Notes: generated by a model not told the origin, from the letters alone. Counted from the stretch's first letter, positions 39,764 to 50,682 are shown. The stretch: DNA of 64,000 bases from an uncultured Methanosarcinales archaeon (GCA_964544335.1 CAZJAJ010000002.1:78109-142108); one strand, 5' to 3'. Translations and numbers: made by a program.

Positions 39764-41680
39764 ATGGTACAAATAACACTTCCAGACGGAACCAAAAAAG
39801 ACTTTGAAAGTCCTCTAACAGGGATGCAAGTAGCACGTGACATCGGTGAAGGCCTTGCTAGGGCAGCACTAGCAATCAAAGTAAACGGTACCACTACTGA
39901 CCTGTGGAGTGAAATTGTAGAAGATGCAAACGTAGAAATTCTTACCTTTAAACAAGATGAAGGAAAACAAGTATTTTGGCACTCCTCTGCTCACCTCATG
40001 GCTATGGCAATGAAAGCAATCTGGCCAGACATTAAATTAACCATCGGTCCTGCAATCGAAGAAGGATTTTATTACGACGTATACAAAAAAGAACCATTCA
40101 AACCAGAAGACCTTGAGCAAATAGAAGCAAAGATGAAAGAATTTGTCAAAAAAGATCTTCCATTTACCAGAGAAACCATTACTTACGAAAAGGCAAAAGA
40201 ACTCTTCAAAGACAACACCTTCAAACTAGAACTCATTGAAGAACATAAAGATGATAGTCTTTCAATCTACAAAAATGAATCAGATTTTCTCGACCTCTGT
40301 AGTGGACCACACATCCCATCTACAGGACGAATCAAAGCATTCAAACTCACCAAAATGTCAAGCGCATACTGGAGAGGAGATGCAGAAAGAGAAGAACTTC
40401 AACGAGTATATGGGGTAAGCTTCCCTGATAAAAAAGAACTACAGGCACATCTTGAAATGCTTGAAGAAAGAAAAAAATACGATCACAGAAAAATTGGAAA
40501 AGATCTAGACCTCTTTGAAGTTGACGAAGACATCGGTCCAGGACTCGTACTCTGGCTTCCAAAAGGAAACAGACTCAAAGAAAATCTAGAAAACTGGGCA
40601 AAAACAACTGAAGAAAAAGAAGGCTACCAACGAGTAACCACGCCAATTATCACAAAAGAAAATTTATTCTTAACATCAGAACACTTGCCGCACTACGCAG
40701 ACAGCATGTTCAAACCCATGGAAGTAGAAGGTGAACCCTACTACATCAAACCCATGAACTGTCCATTCCACCACAAAGTCTTTGCAGCACGAACACGATC
40801 ATACAAAGATCTTCCACTACGTCTTGCAGAATACGGATGGTGTCACAGATACGAACAATCAGGCGCACTCATGGGACTCATGCGAGTACGTGGCATGCAA
40901 ATGAATGACGCACACATCTATTGTACCAAAGAGCAAGCAGTAGATGAATTCGTAAAAGTAATCAAACTGCATGAATACTACTACAAAATACTTGGCATCA
41001 CTGAATACTGGATGGAGCTTGCACTGCGAAACCCAGAAAATGACAAATACCACGGCGATGAAGAAATGTGGAAAGAAGCAGAAGATCTCATGAAACAAGC
41101 AATGGACAAATCAGGTGTAAAATACATTGTTGAAGAAGACGGTGCTGCATTCTACGGTCCAAAAATTGATTTCCAAATTAAATCAGTATCAGGAAGAACC
41201 TTTACTGCATCAACCAATCAAATTGATCTCTTCATGGGTAAAAAGTTCGGTCTAAAATACACGGGCGAAGATGGGAAAGAACACGTCCCAGTAATCATCC
41301 ACCGAGCACCACTAGGAACACATGAACGATTCATCGGATTCCTTCTTGAACACTTCAAAGGACGACTTCCGCTCTGGCTCAATCCAAATCAAGTAACCAT
41401 CCTCCCAATTGCAGACCGATTTGCAGACTACGCACACACCGTCGCAGAATCACTACGAGAAGAAGGCATCGTCGTTGATGTAGATGAACGTCAAGAATCC
41501 ATTAACAAAAAAGTTCGTGACGCACAACTACAACAATACAACTACATTCTTGTAGTGGGCGAAAAGGAAATCGAAGATCAAACCGTCACCGTGCGAACAC
41601 GTGAGGGTGATGTACAAGGCGCAATAAAAACACAAGAGTTCAAAGAGCGCCTAGCATCAGAACTAAAAAATAAAGAATAA
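39764..41680 (+). CDS. thrS: Threonine--tRNA ligase, bacterial/eukaryal type with TGS and editing domains
   Basis: ITLPDG, HSSAH, DLCSGPH, DHRKIG, KPMNCP, AFYGPKID, HRAPLG. Confidence 0.97.
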   Translation: MVQITLPDGTKKDFESPLTGMQVARDIGEGLARAALAIKVNGTTTDLWSEIVEDANVEILTFKQDEGKQVFWHSSAHLMAMAMKAIWPDIKLTIGPAIEEGFYYDVYKKEPFKPEDLEQIEAKMKEFVKKDLPFTRETITYEKAKELFKDNTFKLELIEEHKDDSLSIYKNESDFLDLCSGPHIPSTGRIKAFKLTKMSSAYWRGDAEREELQRVYGVSFPDKKELQAHLEMLEERKKYDHRKIGKDLDLFEVDEDIGPGLVLWLPKGNRLKENLENWAKTTEEKEGYQRVTTPIITKENLFLTSEHLPHYADSMFKPMEVEGEPYYIKPMNCPFHHKVFAARTRSYKDLPLRLAEYGWCHRYEQSGALMGLMRVRGMQMNDAHIYCTKEQAVDEFVKVIKLHEYYYKILGITEYWMELALRNPENDKYHGDEEMWKEAEDLMKQAMDKSGVKYIVEEDGAAFYGPKIDFQIKSVSGRTFTASTNQIDLFMGKKFGLKYTGEDGKEHVPVIIHRAPLGTHERFIGFLLEHFKGRLPLWLNPNQVTILPIADRFADYAHTVAESLREEGIVVDVDERQESINKKVRDAQLQQYNYILVVGEKEIEDQTVTVRTREGDVQGAIKTQEFKERLASELKNKE

Positions 41681-41681
41681 A

Positions 41682-42284
41682 TTATTTTTTCTTTTCATTA
41701 CTACTATCATGTCCACCACTCACCAACTGAATCACTCTCATGATCAGTTCTACAAGAATAATGAACCCAAGATAGTACAGTGCAGTTGACCACATGCCCG
41801 CAAGCTCAACCACCTTATCAAGATGCAGTTCTAATGTCTGAGCACTCACCAAAAAACTACCAAGAATAGCAAGTGGAAGCATCTTACCAATATCGGTTGC
41901 AAGCTCTTCACTATAGTAAGAAGTAATCCGTGTACTTGCAACAACAGCCATAGACAAAATTAATATCTCTTGAGCACCAAGATTACTTGCAAGTAAAATA
42001 AGCAGTGCAGCATAAAATACAAACCACGTAAATGCAAGACTAGGAAAAAATAACACAAATTCAACAATATAGAGTAAAAAACCAAAGAACGCACCAATCA
42101 CGGGGTGTGAACTCTTATTATACTTATTAAGATCTAAATCAAACACACGATTGTTTGAAATAAAGTGATAAAACTTAAACACAAACACCGCATAGACAAC
42201 CATACCGAGCACATACAAAAATAATGGAAGTACTTCTGGAATAAAATTAGCTACATACGTATTCAAAGAACTCAAATCTACCAT
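41682..42284 (-). CDS. Conserved membrane protein
   Basis: About 5 TM segments; RITSYYSEELATDIGKMLPL. Confidence 0.7.
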   Translation of the reverse strand: MVDLSSLNTYVANFIPEVLPLFLYVLGMVVYAVFVFKFYHFISNNRVFDLDLNKYNKSSHPVIGAFFGFLLYIVEFVLFFPSLAFTWFVFYAALLILLASNLGAQEILILSMAVVASTRITSYYSEELATDIGKMLPLAILGSFLVSAQTLELHLDKVVELAGMWSTALYYLGFIILVELIMRVIQLVSGGHDSSNEKKK

Positions 42285-42895
42285 TCTATATTCGAGCCAG
42301 GGTCAAGCACATGTACTTCAACCTCTGTCTCTTTTTCCACCTCTTCTTTAAAATGAACTGCATCTTCCTTTTGGCCAACGATTTCTCGATAGTGCATAGG
42401 TATGGCAATTTCTGGATGTAGTGCAACAACAGCACCAACAGCCTCAATTGCATCCATAGTATATGTGCCACCAACAGGAAGCAATGCAATATCAACATCA
42501 TAAATATTCATCTCAGGAATCAAATCTGTATCTCCTGCATGATACACGCGTTTTCCTACATCAAGAATATATCCAACACCAAGTCCCTTTGGATGATTGG
42601 GTTTACCAATATTATATGCCTGGACAACTTCAATCTTAACACCTTTAATTTCAATGCAAGAGCCAGGTTCAACCGCTTCTCCTCCAATTTCTGCCACCAC
42701 ATCTTTAGGGCCTACAATAACGGTCTCATCAACACGCAGTTGTTCTATTTTTTCTTTAGAAAAATGATCATAATGGGAATGGGTAATAAGAATAATATCT
42801 GCTTTTTGTGTATATTCACCAACATATGGATCTATAGCAATAGTCAGATCCCCTTCCAGTATAAAGCTTGCATGCCCAAGCCACGTTAAACGCAT
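42278..42895 (-). CDS. MBL-fold metallo-hydrolase
   Basis: WLGHASF, THSHYDH, YHAGDT, PVGGTYTM, PMHY. Confidence 0.92.
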   Translation of the reverse strand: MRLTWLGHASFILEGDLTIAIDPYVGEYTQKADIILITHSHYDHFSKEKIEQLRVDETVIVGPKDVVAEIGGEAVEPGSCIEIKGVKIEVVQAYNIGKPNHPKGLGVGYILDVGKRVYHAGDTDLIPEMNIYDVDIALLPVGGTYTMDAIEAVGAVVALHPEIAIPMHYREIVGQKEDAVHFKEEVEKETEVEVHVLDPGSNIEW

Positions 42896-42976
42896 ACATT
42901 TTTTACAGTATTTTCGTTTATAAATATTTCTGCAAAAACACCAAATGTTTATAAATAATCATCAGTAAACGACGAT

Positions 42977-44320
42977 ATGGTCTTAGATTCACTAGGAGAG
43001 AAGTTAAAAAACACCCTTGGAAAGATTTCCAAAGCCCTTTTTGTAGATGAAAAACTCCTCGATGAAATTCTACGAGACATCCAGCGAGCACTATTGCAAG
43101 CAGATGTCAACGTACAACTCGTATTCAAACTCACAAAATCCATCAAAGAACGAGCACAAAAAGAAAACATTCCAGGACTAGATAAAAAAGAACATCTCAT
43201 CAAAATAGTCTATGAAGAACTCGTACAATTTCTTGGTGGAGAGAAAAAAGAACCTGAAATTAACAAAAAGCCAACCAAACTCATGCTCGTTGGTCTCTTT
43301 GGTGCAGGAAAAACTACTACTTCTGGTAAAATTGCAAAATACTACACCAAACGTGGAAAAAAAGTTGCACTCGTAGGACTTGATGTATGGCGACCTGCTG
43401 CAATGAAGCAGTTAGAACAAGTAGGTAAAACTATTGGTGTTGATACCTATGTCAATCAAGAAGAAAAAGATCCCATTCAACTCTGGAATAATGTCAAAGA
43501 CCAACTAGGCAACTATGATTTAGTGATCATTGACACCGCAGGACGAGACGCACTCTCAGAAGAACTCATCACAGAAATAGAAGAGGTTACAAAAACCATA
43601 AGTCCTGATGAAAAAATTCTCGTACTGCAAGCAGACATTGGTCAAGCAGCACAAAAGCAAGCAGAACAATTCCACAAATCCTGTGAAGTAACTGGTGTTA
43701 TTATCTCAAAAATGGATGGTTCAGCAAAAGGTGGTGGAGCACTCACTGCATGCGCAGTAACTGGAGCGCCAATCATGTTTATTGGGGTAGGTGAACGTCC
43801 AGATGACTTTGAATCATTTAATCCAAAAGGATTCGTATCACGAATGCTTGGCATGGGAGACCTTGATGCACTGCTAGAAAAAGCAGAACTTGCAATGAAA
43901 GGCATGGACAATGAAGACATGCAAAAGAAACTCATGAAAGGTGACTTTGACCTCAATGATTTGTATGAACAAATGTCTGCCATGAAAAAAATGGGATCAC
44001 TCTCAAAAATAATGGACCTCCTTCCAGGAATGGGCGGAATGAAAATCCCAAAAGATGCACTCAAAGTACAAGATGAAAAACTCACCAAATGGAAATTCAT
44101 CATAGATTCCTGCACACCATTTGAGCGTGCAAATCCAGATCAAATGAGTGGATCACGAGTTGAGCGAATTGCAAAAGGCTCAGGAACCACAGTACAACAA
44201 GTACGAGAACTCCTCAAACAATACAAAATGTCTAAAAAACTCATGAAAACCATGGGCGGCTCTGAAAAGAAAATGCAGAAAATGATGGCAAAAATGCAAG
44301 GTGGCGGACTGCCTAGGTAA
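42977..44320 (+). CDS. ffh: Signal recognition particle protein SRP54
   Basis: ALLQADVN, GLFGAGKTT, DTAGR, KMDGSAKGGG, Met-rich M domain. Confidence 0.97.
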   Translation: MVLDSLGEKLKNTLGKISKALFVDEKLLDEILRDIQRALLQADVNVQLVFKLTKSIKERAQKENIPGLDKKEHLIKIVYEELVQFLGGEKKEPEINKKPTKLMLVGLFGAGKTTTSGKIAKYYTKRGKKVALVGLDVWRPAAMKQLEQVGKTIGVDTYVNQEEKDPIQLWNNVKDQLGNYDLVIIDTAGRDALSEELITEIEEVTKTISPDEKILVLQADIGQAAQKQAEQFHKSCEVTGVIISKMDGSAKGGGALTACAVTGAPIMFIGVGERPDDFESFNPKGFVSRMLGMGDLDALLEKAELAMKGMDNEDMQKKLMKGDFDLNDLYEQMSAMKKMGSLSKIMDLLPGMGGMKIPKDALKVQDEKLTKWKFIIDSCTPFERANPDQMSGSRVERIAKGSGTTVQQVRELLKQYKMSKKLMKTMGGSEKKMQKMMAKMQGGGLPR

Positions 44321-44402
44321 TGTTCATCAGACTAAGCAAAGCGCATGTCTGATTTCGTAGCCTACAGTCGAAACTGTAGATGCATGGTGGCGGACTGCCT
44401 AG
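44294..44402. repeat. Short structured insertion flanked by 23-bp direct repeats (copy B)
   Basis: ATGCAAGGTGGCGGACTGCCTAG (44294-316) / ATGCATGGTGGCGGACTGCCTAG (44380-402); same core as 25.5 kb. Confidence 0.7.
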
Positions 44403-44434
44403 ATGATTATTCTAAAAAATAACTCTCAAAATAC

Positions 44435-44845
44435 TTAACCAAAGACTAAACGGCAACACTTTAGGTTATCAATATCATCAAATGCATCATTATCATCATA
44501 AATGCCAACAAGCACATAGTTGTCATTACATTGAGCGCTCCATTCCTCTAATGCACTTTGACTTCCTCCATCATAGATGTTCAGTGCACCTCCACCTTCT
44601 CCAAAATTATGACAGTCAGTATAATCTACACTCACAGAAGAAGATTCAATGCCATTAATTGCCTCCTGCAAAGAAACAAGTTCACCATCAAAAACCACAT
44701 CTATTTCTTCAGAGCTATGGCCAAAAATAGCAGGCTGAGCAGTATTATATGCCCAAACACCAACAGATAAACATAATACTAAGAAAAAGGCACCCATCGT
44801 AAACAACCACTTATTGGTAAAATGAAGCTCAATCTTTACTGACAT
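44435..44845 (-). CDS. Small membrane-anchored/secreted Cys-containing protein
   Basis: N-terminal TM, GHSSEEI, C-terminal CNDNYVLVG...LKCCRL. Confidence 0.65.
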   Translation of the reverse strand: MSVKIELHFTNKWLFTMGAFFLVLCLSVGVWAYNTAQPAIFGHSSEEIDVVFDGELVSLQEAINGIESSSVSVDYTDCHNFGEGGGALNIYDGGSQSALEEWSAQCNDNYVLVGIYDDNDAFDDIDNLKCCRLVFG

Positions 44846-44922
44846 GGGAATATGTTCTATTTCACATATAAAAATGTATCCAACCACTAAATATATAAAC
44901 ATCCAACGACCCAATTCTTCAT

Positions 44923-46200
44923 ATGTTAGACCTTAAATTCGTAAGAGACAATGCAGACGTAGTAAGAAAAGATCTAGAAAAACGAAAGGACACAGAAAAA
45001 CTCGCTTGGGTTGATGACATCCTTGAAAATGACCAAAGATACAGAGAAAAACTACAAGAGTCTCAAGATCTAAGAGCAGAACGAAATGTTGTTTCAAAAG
45101 CAATCAACGACAAAAAGAAAGCAGGGGAAAATGCAGATGCCGACATGGCACGAGCAAAAGAAATCCCGCAAGAATTAAACAAAATAGAAACAGAAATCGA
45201 AGGCATTCTAGAAGGCATCCAAAAGAAACTCATGCGTTTACCCAACATCATGCATGAATCAGTACCGTATGGTGAATCAAATGAAGATAACGTTCCAGTT
45301 GAACACTTTGGTAAAAAACCAGAATTTGGATTCAAACCAAAAGATCACGAAGAACTTATGCGAAAAAATAATCTTGTTGATTTAGAACGTGCTGCTAAAA
45401 TAACTGGCAGTAGATTTTACTTTCTCAAAGGAGATCTTGCACTACTGCAAGTTGCTCTTGAAAAATACGCAATTGATTTCATGACAGAAAGAGGATATGA
45501 ATTAACCATCCCTCCAGAGATGATGAACAGAAAAGCATACGAGGGAGTAACAGATCTTGATGATTTTGAAAATGTCATGTACAATGTGCAACCTGATGAA
45601 TTCTACATGATAGCAACATCAGAACATCCACTTACTGCAATGTTCATGAATGAAATTATTGATGAAACAGAACTTCCAATCAAAATGGCTGGATTTAGTC
45701 ATAATTTCAGAAGAGAAGTAGGCTCACATGACAAATCAGACAAGGGCATTTGGCGTGTACATCAATTTAACAAAGTAGAACAAGTAATCATCTGTAAACC
45801 AGAAGACTCGTGGGAACTTCACGAAGAACTTATCAGAAATGCAGAAGACTTTTTCACATCACTTGGTGTTCATTTTAGAAAAGTAAATATCTGCACAGGT
45901 GATCTTGGTATTGTTGCAGCAAAAAAATACGATCTAGAAGCATGGATTCCATCAGCAGAAAAATACAAAGAAATCGTATCCTGCTCAAATTGTACCGCAT
46001 ATCAAGCAACACGATTAAAAATGCGATACAGAACACCTGAAGGAAACATTCCAGTACACACACTCAATTCAACATGTGTTGCAATCTCAAGAGCACTTGT
46101 GGTCATAATGGAACAATTCCAAACGTCAGAAGGTGGAATAACCATCCCAGAAGTACTACGTCCATACATGAATGGCAAGAGAATCATAGGTCACATCTAA
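44923..46200 (+). CDS. serS: Serine--tRNA ligase (type 1)
   Basis: MLDLKFVR, ATSEHP, FRRE, RVHQFNKVEQ, SCSNCT, HTLNST. Confidence 0.97.
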   Translation: MLDLKFVRDNADVVRKDLEKRKDTEKLAWVDDILENDQRYREKLQESQDLRAERNVVSKAINDKKKAGENADADMARAKEIPQELNKIETEIEGILEGIQKKLMRLPNIMHESVPYGESNEDNVPVEHFGKKPEFGFKPKDHEELMRKNNLVDLERAAKITGSRFYFLKGDLALLQVALEKYAIDFMTERGYELTIPPEMMNRKAYEGVTDLDDFENVMYNVQPDEFYMIATSEHPLTAMFMNEIIDETELPIKMAGFSHNFRREVGSHDKSDKGIWRVHQFNKVEQVIICKPEDSWELHEELIRNAEDFFTSLGVHFRKVNICTGDLGIVAAKKYDLEAWIPSAEKYKEIVSCSNCTAYQATRLKMRYRTPEGNIPVHTLNSTCVAISRALVVIMEQFQTSEGGITIPEVLRPYMNGKRIIGHI

Positions 46201-46233
46201 ACATTTAAATAGTTCTTTTTCTCTTTCTCTTTT

Positions 46234-46494
46234 ATGAAAATAAACTGGCTTGCATACACACTCATTGGTCTTGCAGTAATTATCACATCATCAATCATTG
46301 ATGGCATGCAATTCTTTATCATCATAGGCGCAGTATTCTTATTCATGGGACTCGTACGGTTCATGACACGTCCAACCTACGATCCAAAACGAGAACCTAA
46401 AACAGACGCAGATTACGTTCGCTGTCTAAAATGCCACGCGTGGAATTATCCAAACGCAAAAGTATGCCATTACTGTAAGAAGCGGATGCATTAA
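46234..46494 (+). CDS. Small membrane protein with C-terminal zinc ribbon
   Basis: Two TM segments, CLKC...CHYC. Confidence 0.75.
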   Translation: MKINWLAYTLIGLAVIITSSIIDGMQFFIIIGAVFLFMGLVRFMTRPTYDPKREPKTDADYVRCLKCHAWNYPNAKVCHYCKKRMH

Positions 46495-46694
46495 TTCTTA
46501 AGATAGTTTTTAGAAGAACCAGGACCAACACGTGTTTCTATTTGTGCAATATCATCAAGTATTGGATGGTGTCTTGGAGTATATGGTGTATCAGGACGAA
46601 CACCAAATTCATGCTCAATAATGATTCGTGCATCTTCTGCAAGGGTAACAGAATCAAGAAATCGTTCTTCTCCTTCATTATGAAATAATGTCAT
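46491..46694 (-). CDS. Small hypothetical protein
   Basis: Probable start MTLFHNEG with a TTTAAAT box upstream. Confidence 0.4.
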   Translation of the reverse strand: MTLFHNEGEERFLDSVTLAEDARIIIEHEFGVRPDTPYTPRHHPILDDIAQIETRVGPGSSKNYLKN

Positions 46695-46722
46695 ACTATG
46701 AGAAACACATGTGCATTTAAAA

Positions 46723-46986
46723 TTATTTTCCTTCAGTAAGAATATCTGAGATATCTGGAAACAACTCATCATAATTTTCTCTTGTAGGAATAATCCCTTC
46801 TGCAGCATATTGTTTTCGAAATTCATTTAGTGTTGCAAAATGATGGGTATCTTCAAATGGGGATGATACTTCAAAATCATATCTCCTATACCAATATTTG
46901 GGAAAGGCACCTGGATCAGGACAGGTACCCATATCAAAAACACCCCATCCTTGCGGACTCCACAGCAGCCAAAGAGATCGTTCCAT
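46723..46986 (-). CDS. Small hypothetical protein
   Basis: Start overlaps the stop of the DRG GTPase gene. Confidence 0.45.
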   Translation of the reverse strand: MERSLWLLWSPQGWGVFDMGTCPDPGAFPKYWYRRYDFEVSSPFEDTHHFATLNEFRKQYAAEGIIPTRENYDELFPDISDILTEGK

Positions 46987-48095
46987 CAGAGCAAATGCAC
47001 CTCAACAATATCCTTATCTTTTACTTCCTTATCAAGACCATAGGACTGGCCAGGAAACTTAGAACTTCCCCACACCTTTGCCGTCTTAAATCGTTTCACA
47101 AAAGTTCTGTGCAATTTATTACACACATCACGAATAGTAGCACCTCTTTGAAGCACTAAAGGCTCACCCATATCAGCATCCTTTCCCTGCTCTTTCGTAT
47201 AAATCCGAACTAGCCCAAGCTTCTTAAAAATACCTTCTTGCAATTCAACAAGATTCTCTTTCTCATTTGCACTAATACAAATATCACCATTAAGTTGTTT
47301 TCGAACCGCTTCTGCTTTCTTAGGATCAATATCTGCTTTGTTAATCACAACAAGTGATGGAATATACACCCTATTGCCCGCAATCACATCAATTAAATCA
47401 TCATCAGTAATATCTTGTCGAACAACAATCTGACAATTCTGCCATCCCATTTGGCGAAGCATGTCCTTAATGAGTTCATCATTAAGATGTGTCTGTTTAC
47501 ACGTACAGGTTAAATCAATACCGCCCATCCCTGTTCTCTTCAGCTTTACATCAGGTGGGCGTACATTGAGTCGAAGACCAGCATCCCACGCTTCCTTCAT
47601 CAAGTACTCATAATGCTGTGGTTTTTGAAAATCAATCACCATCACAATAAGTTCAGCAGCACGAATAGCCGCAAGTACTTCTTTACCTCTACCAGAACCC
47701 GATGCGGCACCTTCAATAATCCCTGGAACATCAAATAACTGAATCTTAGCACCACCATACTCAAGCAGACCGGGAATAACATCAAGAGTCGTAAAATCAT
47801 ATGCGCCAACTTTGGAATCGGCCTTGGTCAGTGCATTAAGCAGCGTACTCTTACCCACAGAAGGAAACCCGAGCATAGCAACCGTAGCATCCCCATTTTT
47901 CTTAATAGAATACCCAGAAGTAATTCCTGAGCCTTTTTTCTTTTGCTCTGCACGTTGCTTAAGTTCAGCAATTTTTGCCTTTACAAGACCAATGTGGTGC
48001 TGCGTACGCTTGTTATATTTTGTACGAGACAGCTCATCTTCAAGTTCCTTAATCTTACCAGCATAGTCTGACTTCTGGCTCTCATATCCTCGCAT
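46986..48095 (-). CDS. DRG-family (OBG) GTPase with TGS domain
   Basis: NKRTQHHIGLVKAKIA, GFPSVGKS, FTTL, DVPGII, NKAD. Confidence 0.93.
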   Translation of the reverse strand: MRGYESQKSDYAGKIKELEDELSRTKYNKRTQHHIGLVKAKIAELKQRAEQKKKGSGITSGYSIKKNGDATVAMLGFPSVGKSTLLNALTKADSKVGAYDFTTLDVIPGLLEYGGAKIQLFDVPGIIEGAASGSGRGKEVLAAIRAAELIVMVIDFQKPQHYEYLMKEAWDAGLRLNVRPPDVKLKRTGMGGIDLTCTCKQTHLNDELIKDMLRQMGWQNCQIVVRQDITDDDLIDVIAGNRVYIPSLVVINKADIDPKKAEAVRKQLNGDICISANEKENLVELQEGIFKKLGLVRIYTKEQGKDADMGEPLVLQRGATIRDVCNKLHRTFVKRFKTAKVWGSSKFPGQSYGLDKEVKDKDIVEVHLL

Positions 48096-48182
48096 ACCCT
48101 CTCTTTTCTCTCAATAATTTATAAAGATTCCTTGTAAGAACACCCTACAATACATTTAAATAGTATACAACCACAAAAAACC

Positions 48183-49340
48183 ATGGTAAAAAAGAGGATT
48201 ACCGTTGGGGGATGGTATCAACGAACAACACTACACCTCTCTGAAATCTATGAATTTTTATCAAAAGGAATCTCTTATGAACCACTTGACAAGAAAAAGC
48301 TCAACGCATTCTACAAAAAACTAGAGATTAGAAGCGTAGAACGAAAATTTGGTGAATTAGAACACATCAAAGCCATCACTAATACTGGAATTGAAATTAC
48401 CTATTATGAAGATGGCCTCTATCTTATAGAAAGTACAAAAGAAAATGTAGAAGAACAACTCATCACCTATTTTGAAAAAACATTCAAACCTGCAATTGCC
48501 TATCTCTTCTCACTTGGAGCTCCAACACCAAAAATTCTTGCAAGTATAAAAGATAAACATCCAGTGGTCATCTCACAAATTGCAAAAAATCCCAAAACCT
48601 TCAAAATTCAAAAATCATATGGAAAAGTCTACTCCTCATATCACACAACAAATATCTCCGTATACAAAACAAGCAAGCACATCTTCATCATTGCAAAACC
48701 ATCGGCAAAACAATCACTAGAACGCATAGTGGGCATCCAAATCTTCTTTAGAGAATTCAAAGATCAACTACGAAAATATCTACACATCCATCGTGTCGTG
48801 TGGGAAGAAATTAAACACATCAGCGAACGAGATGACATAAAAGGTAATGAACTTGATACCTTCAGAGCAAACCTTGAGAGTTACAAAAAAACCATTCACT
48901 TTATCAGCGAACGTATGGCGCAAATGGAGCCCTACGCAAAAACAAGAGAACAACTTGCGGGAACACTCAACGTACAAACACATCTTGTTGAATTATTCCA
49001 TTATCGATTCGAAGACCTCTTTGACACTCTACAATATGTCCAGAAAGTATGGAACATGACCGTTGATTATGTTGAAGGCGCAATACAACTCATTGCAGGA
49101 ATACAAGCAAGTTCTACAGGTAAAAGCATACGCTCTATACAAGTGCTCGCAAGCATTGGTGTCGTAGCAGGATTTATGCGTTATCTTGGAACAGAAGAAG
49201 TTGGTGGAATAACGCAAACAGGAATACTCTACCTTGCAGGACTCATTTTCATCGCATACCTCATTAACATTTCAATCAAAAATTACTACAAAAATAAAAA
49301 TTATTCAATTAGGTTTGTTCCATTCAAAAAGTTTGAATAA
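48183..49340 (+). CDS. Hypothetical protein with two C-terminal TM helices (CorA-like topology)
   Basis: GGWYQRTTLHLSE N-terminus, helical stalk, two TM segments. Confidence 0.6.
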   Translation: MVKKRITVGGWYQRTTLHLSEIYEFLSKGISYEPLDKKKLNAFYKKLEIRSVERKFGELEHIKAITNTGIEITYYEDGLYLIESTKENVEEQLITYFEKTFKPAIAYLFSLGAPTPKILASIKDKHPVVISQIAKNPKTFKIQKSYGKVYSSYHTTNISVYKTSKHIFIIAKPSAKQSLERIVGIQIFFREFKDQLRKYLHIHRVVWEEIKHISERDDIKGNELDTFRANLESYKKTIHFISERMAQMEPYAKTREQLAGTLNVQTHLVELFHYRFEDLFDTLQYVQKVWNMTVDYVEGAIQLIAGIQASSTGKSIRSIQVLASIGVVAGFMRYLGTEEVGGITQTGILYLAGLIFIAYLINISIKNYYKNKNYSIRFVPFKKFE

Positions 49341-49371
49341 CCTTTAAAATACCTCCAATATAAACACACAA

Positions 49372-49932
49372 ATGGTACTCATAGATACGCTACGAAGTAT
49401 AACGTCCTTTACAGCACCTATTCAATCACTATTCAATAAATTTGTAGTGGGATTTATCATTTTCCTCATTGGTCTTATCATCTCAAGACTGGTTGGAAAA
49501 CTGGTCACTCAAATTCTCCATGAAATAGAACTCAGATCTATTGTAAAAAAAGCAACACGTATAGACAAACCTCTTGATGAACGTGTAGGAAAAATTGTAT
49601 TCTATATCCTTGCACTGATCAGTGCAGTAATAGCACTTGACTATGCGGGCCTTAGATCACCAGTGCTTTACATCGTAAGTGGTGGAATTACCCTTATCAT
49701 TGTAGTTACCATCATCCTTACACTAAAAGATTTCACACCAAATGTAATTGCAACATTTCTCATACACAAAAGAAAACTCTTCAAAGTAGGTGACACTATT
49801 ACTGTAGCATCAATGCAAGGAAAAGTAAAAGAAATTGGTTTGCAAAGCACTGCATTAGAAAATGGAACAGATACCGTCTATATTCCAAATGCAACTATTC
49901 TCAAAAAAAGAATTACGGTTAAAAAATCATAG
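49372..49932 (+). CDS. Short MscS-family protein
   Basis: Three TM segments, FKVGDTI, GKVKEIGLQST, IPNA. Confidence 0.75.
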   Translation: MVLIDTLRSITSFTAPIQSLFNKFVVGFIIFLIGLIISRLVGKLVTQILHEIELRSIVKKATRIDKPLDERVGKIVFYILALISAVIALDYAGLRSPVLYIVSGGITLIIVVTIILTLKDFTPNVIATFLIHKRKLFKVGDTITVASMQGKVKEIGLQSTALENGTDTVYIPNATILKKRITVKKS

Positions 49933-50169
49933 TTGCTCAACAAGTGCAACAATGTCCCAAATTTGTGTTCTCATATATGAATCAAGATAATCATTATTTG
50001 CAAGAGTATCAAGTTCTACCATACATTTATCTTTCTTTAAAGAAACGTCCCCATCGCTCTTAAGCACGGCAATAACACCTTCAAGGCAAGACTTTACTGC
50101 TTTAGAAACACTGTCCTCCTCCTCAAGGATTGCCTCAATGGAAGCAATGATAAATGCAACATCACTCAT
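49927..50169 (-). CDS. UPF0147 family protein
   Basis: EDSVSKAVK...LDSYMRTQIWDIVALVE. Confidence 0.7.
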   Translation of the reverse strand: MSDVAFIIASIEAILEEEDSVSKAVKSCLEGVIAVLKSDGDVSLKKDKCMVELDTLANNDYLDSYMRTQIWDIVALVEQL

Positions 50170-50479
50170 CTTTTGTTTGCTCCATAAGTTCTTCTTGCAA
50201 AGAAGTCATATTACTACGAAGCTTTTCTTCTTGTGATGATAATGTTTCAATACGTTTTGTAAGAAGTACGTGTTTCTCTTCAAGTTCTTTTAACAAATCG
50301 TCTTTGCTCACTTTCACAAGCACATTACCAATGATCTTAAAACTCTCTTCAGTTTTTTTTAATTCAGAAACAGCATTTTGTGTCTCTTTAAGTTCACCTT
50401 CATACTGCTGTTTTTGCATAGAAAATTGTTGTAAATGTTGCTCCATCATTTGGAGTTGTTGTAATTGTTCTTTACTCAT
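50162..50479 (-). CDS. pfdB: Prefoldin beta subunit
   Basis: Coiled coils flanking FKIIGNVLVK; conserved operon context. Confidence 0.9.
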   Translation of the reverse strand: MSKEQLQQLQMMEQHLQQFSMQKQQYEGELKETQNAVSELKKTEESFKIIGNVLVKVSKDDLLKELEEKHVLLTKRIETLSSQEEKLRSNMTSLQEELMEQTKDE

Positions 50480-50682
50480 TTGCTTTTTTCAAACACGCTA
50501 AGAAGTTGTGTGATGCTATTCATGGAAGCTCTAAAGGCAGTAGCATCATTTGCACAAACTTCAAATGTTGTTGTATCCTTATCTGTTGTAACACTAATAG
50601 TTGATCGATCGTTATTCTTAAGATCAGGTTCAATGCAAGGTCCTGCATGAGGATCTTTCACAACGATCGTTGCAGTAATCAT
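50476..50682 (-). CDS. pcc1: KEOPS complex subunit Pcc1
   Basis: EPD...RS...ANDATAFRASMNS; lies between rpoP and pfdB. Confidence 0.8.
   Translation of the reverse strand: MITATIVVKDPHAGPCIEPDLKNNDRSTISVTTDKDTTTFEVCANDATAFRASMNSITQLLSVFEKSK

Noticed and set aside
44320..44385. Hammerhead ribozyme (minus strand has GAAA and CTGATGA)
   Set aside because: There is too little sequence between the motifs for stems III and I, and copy A lacks CTGATGA.
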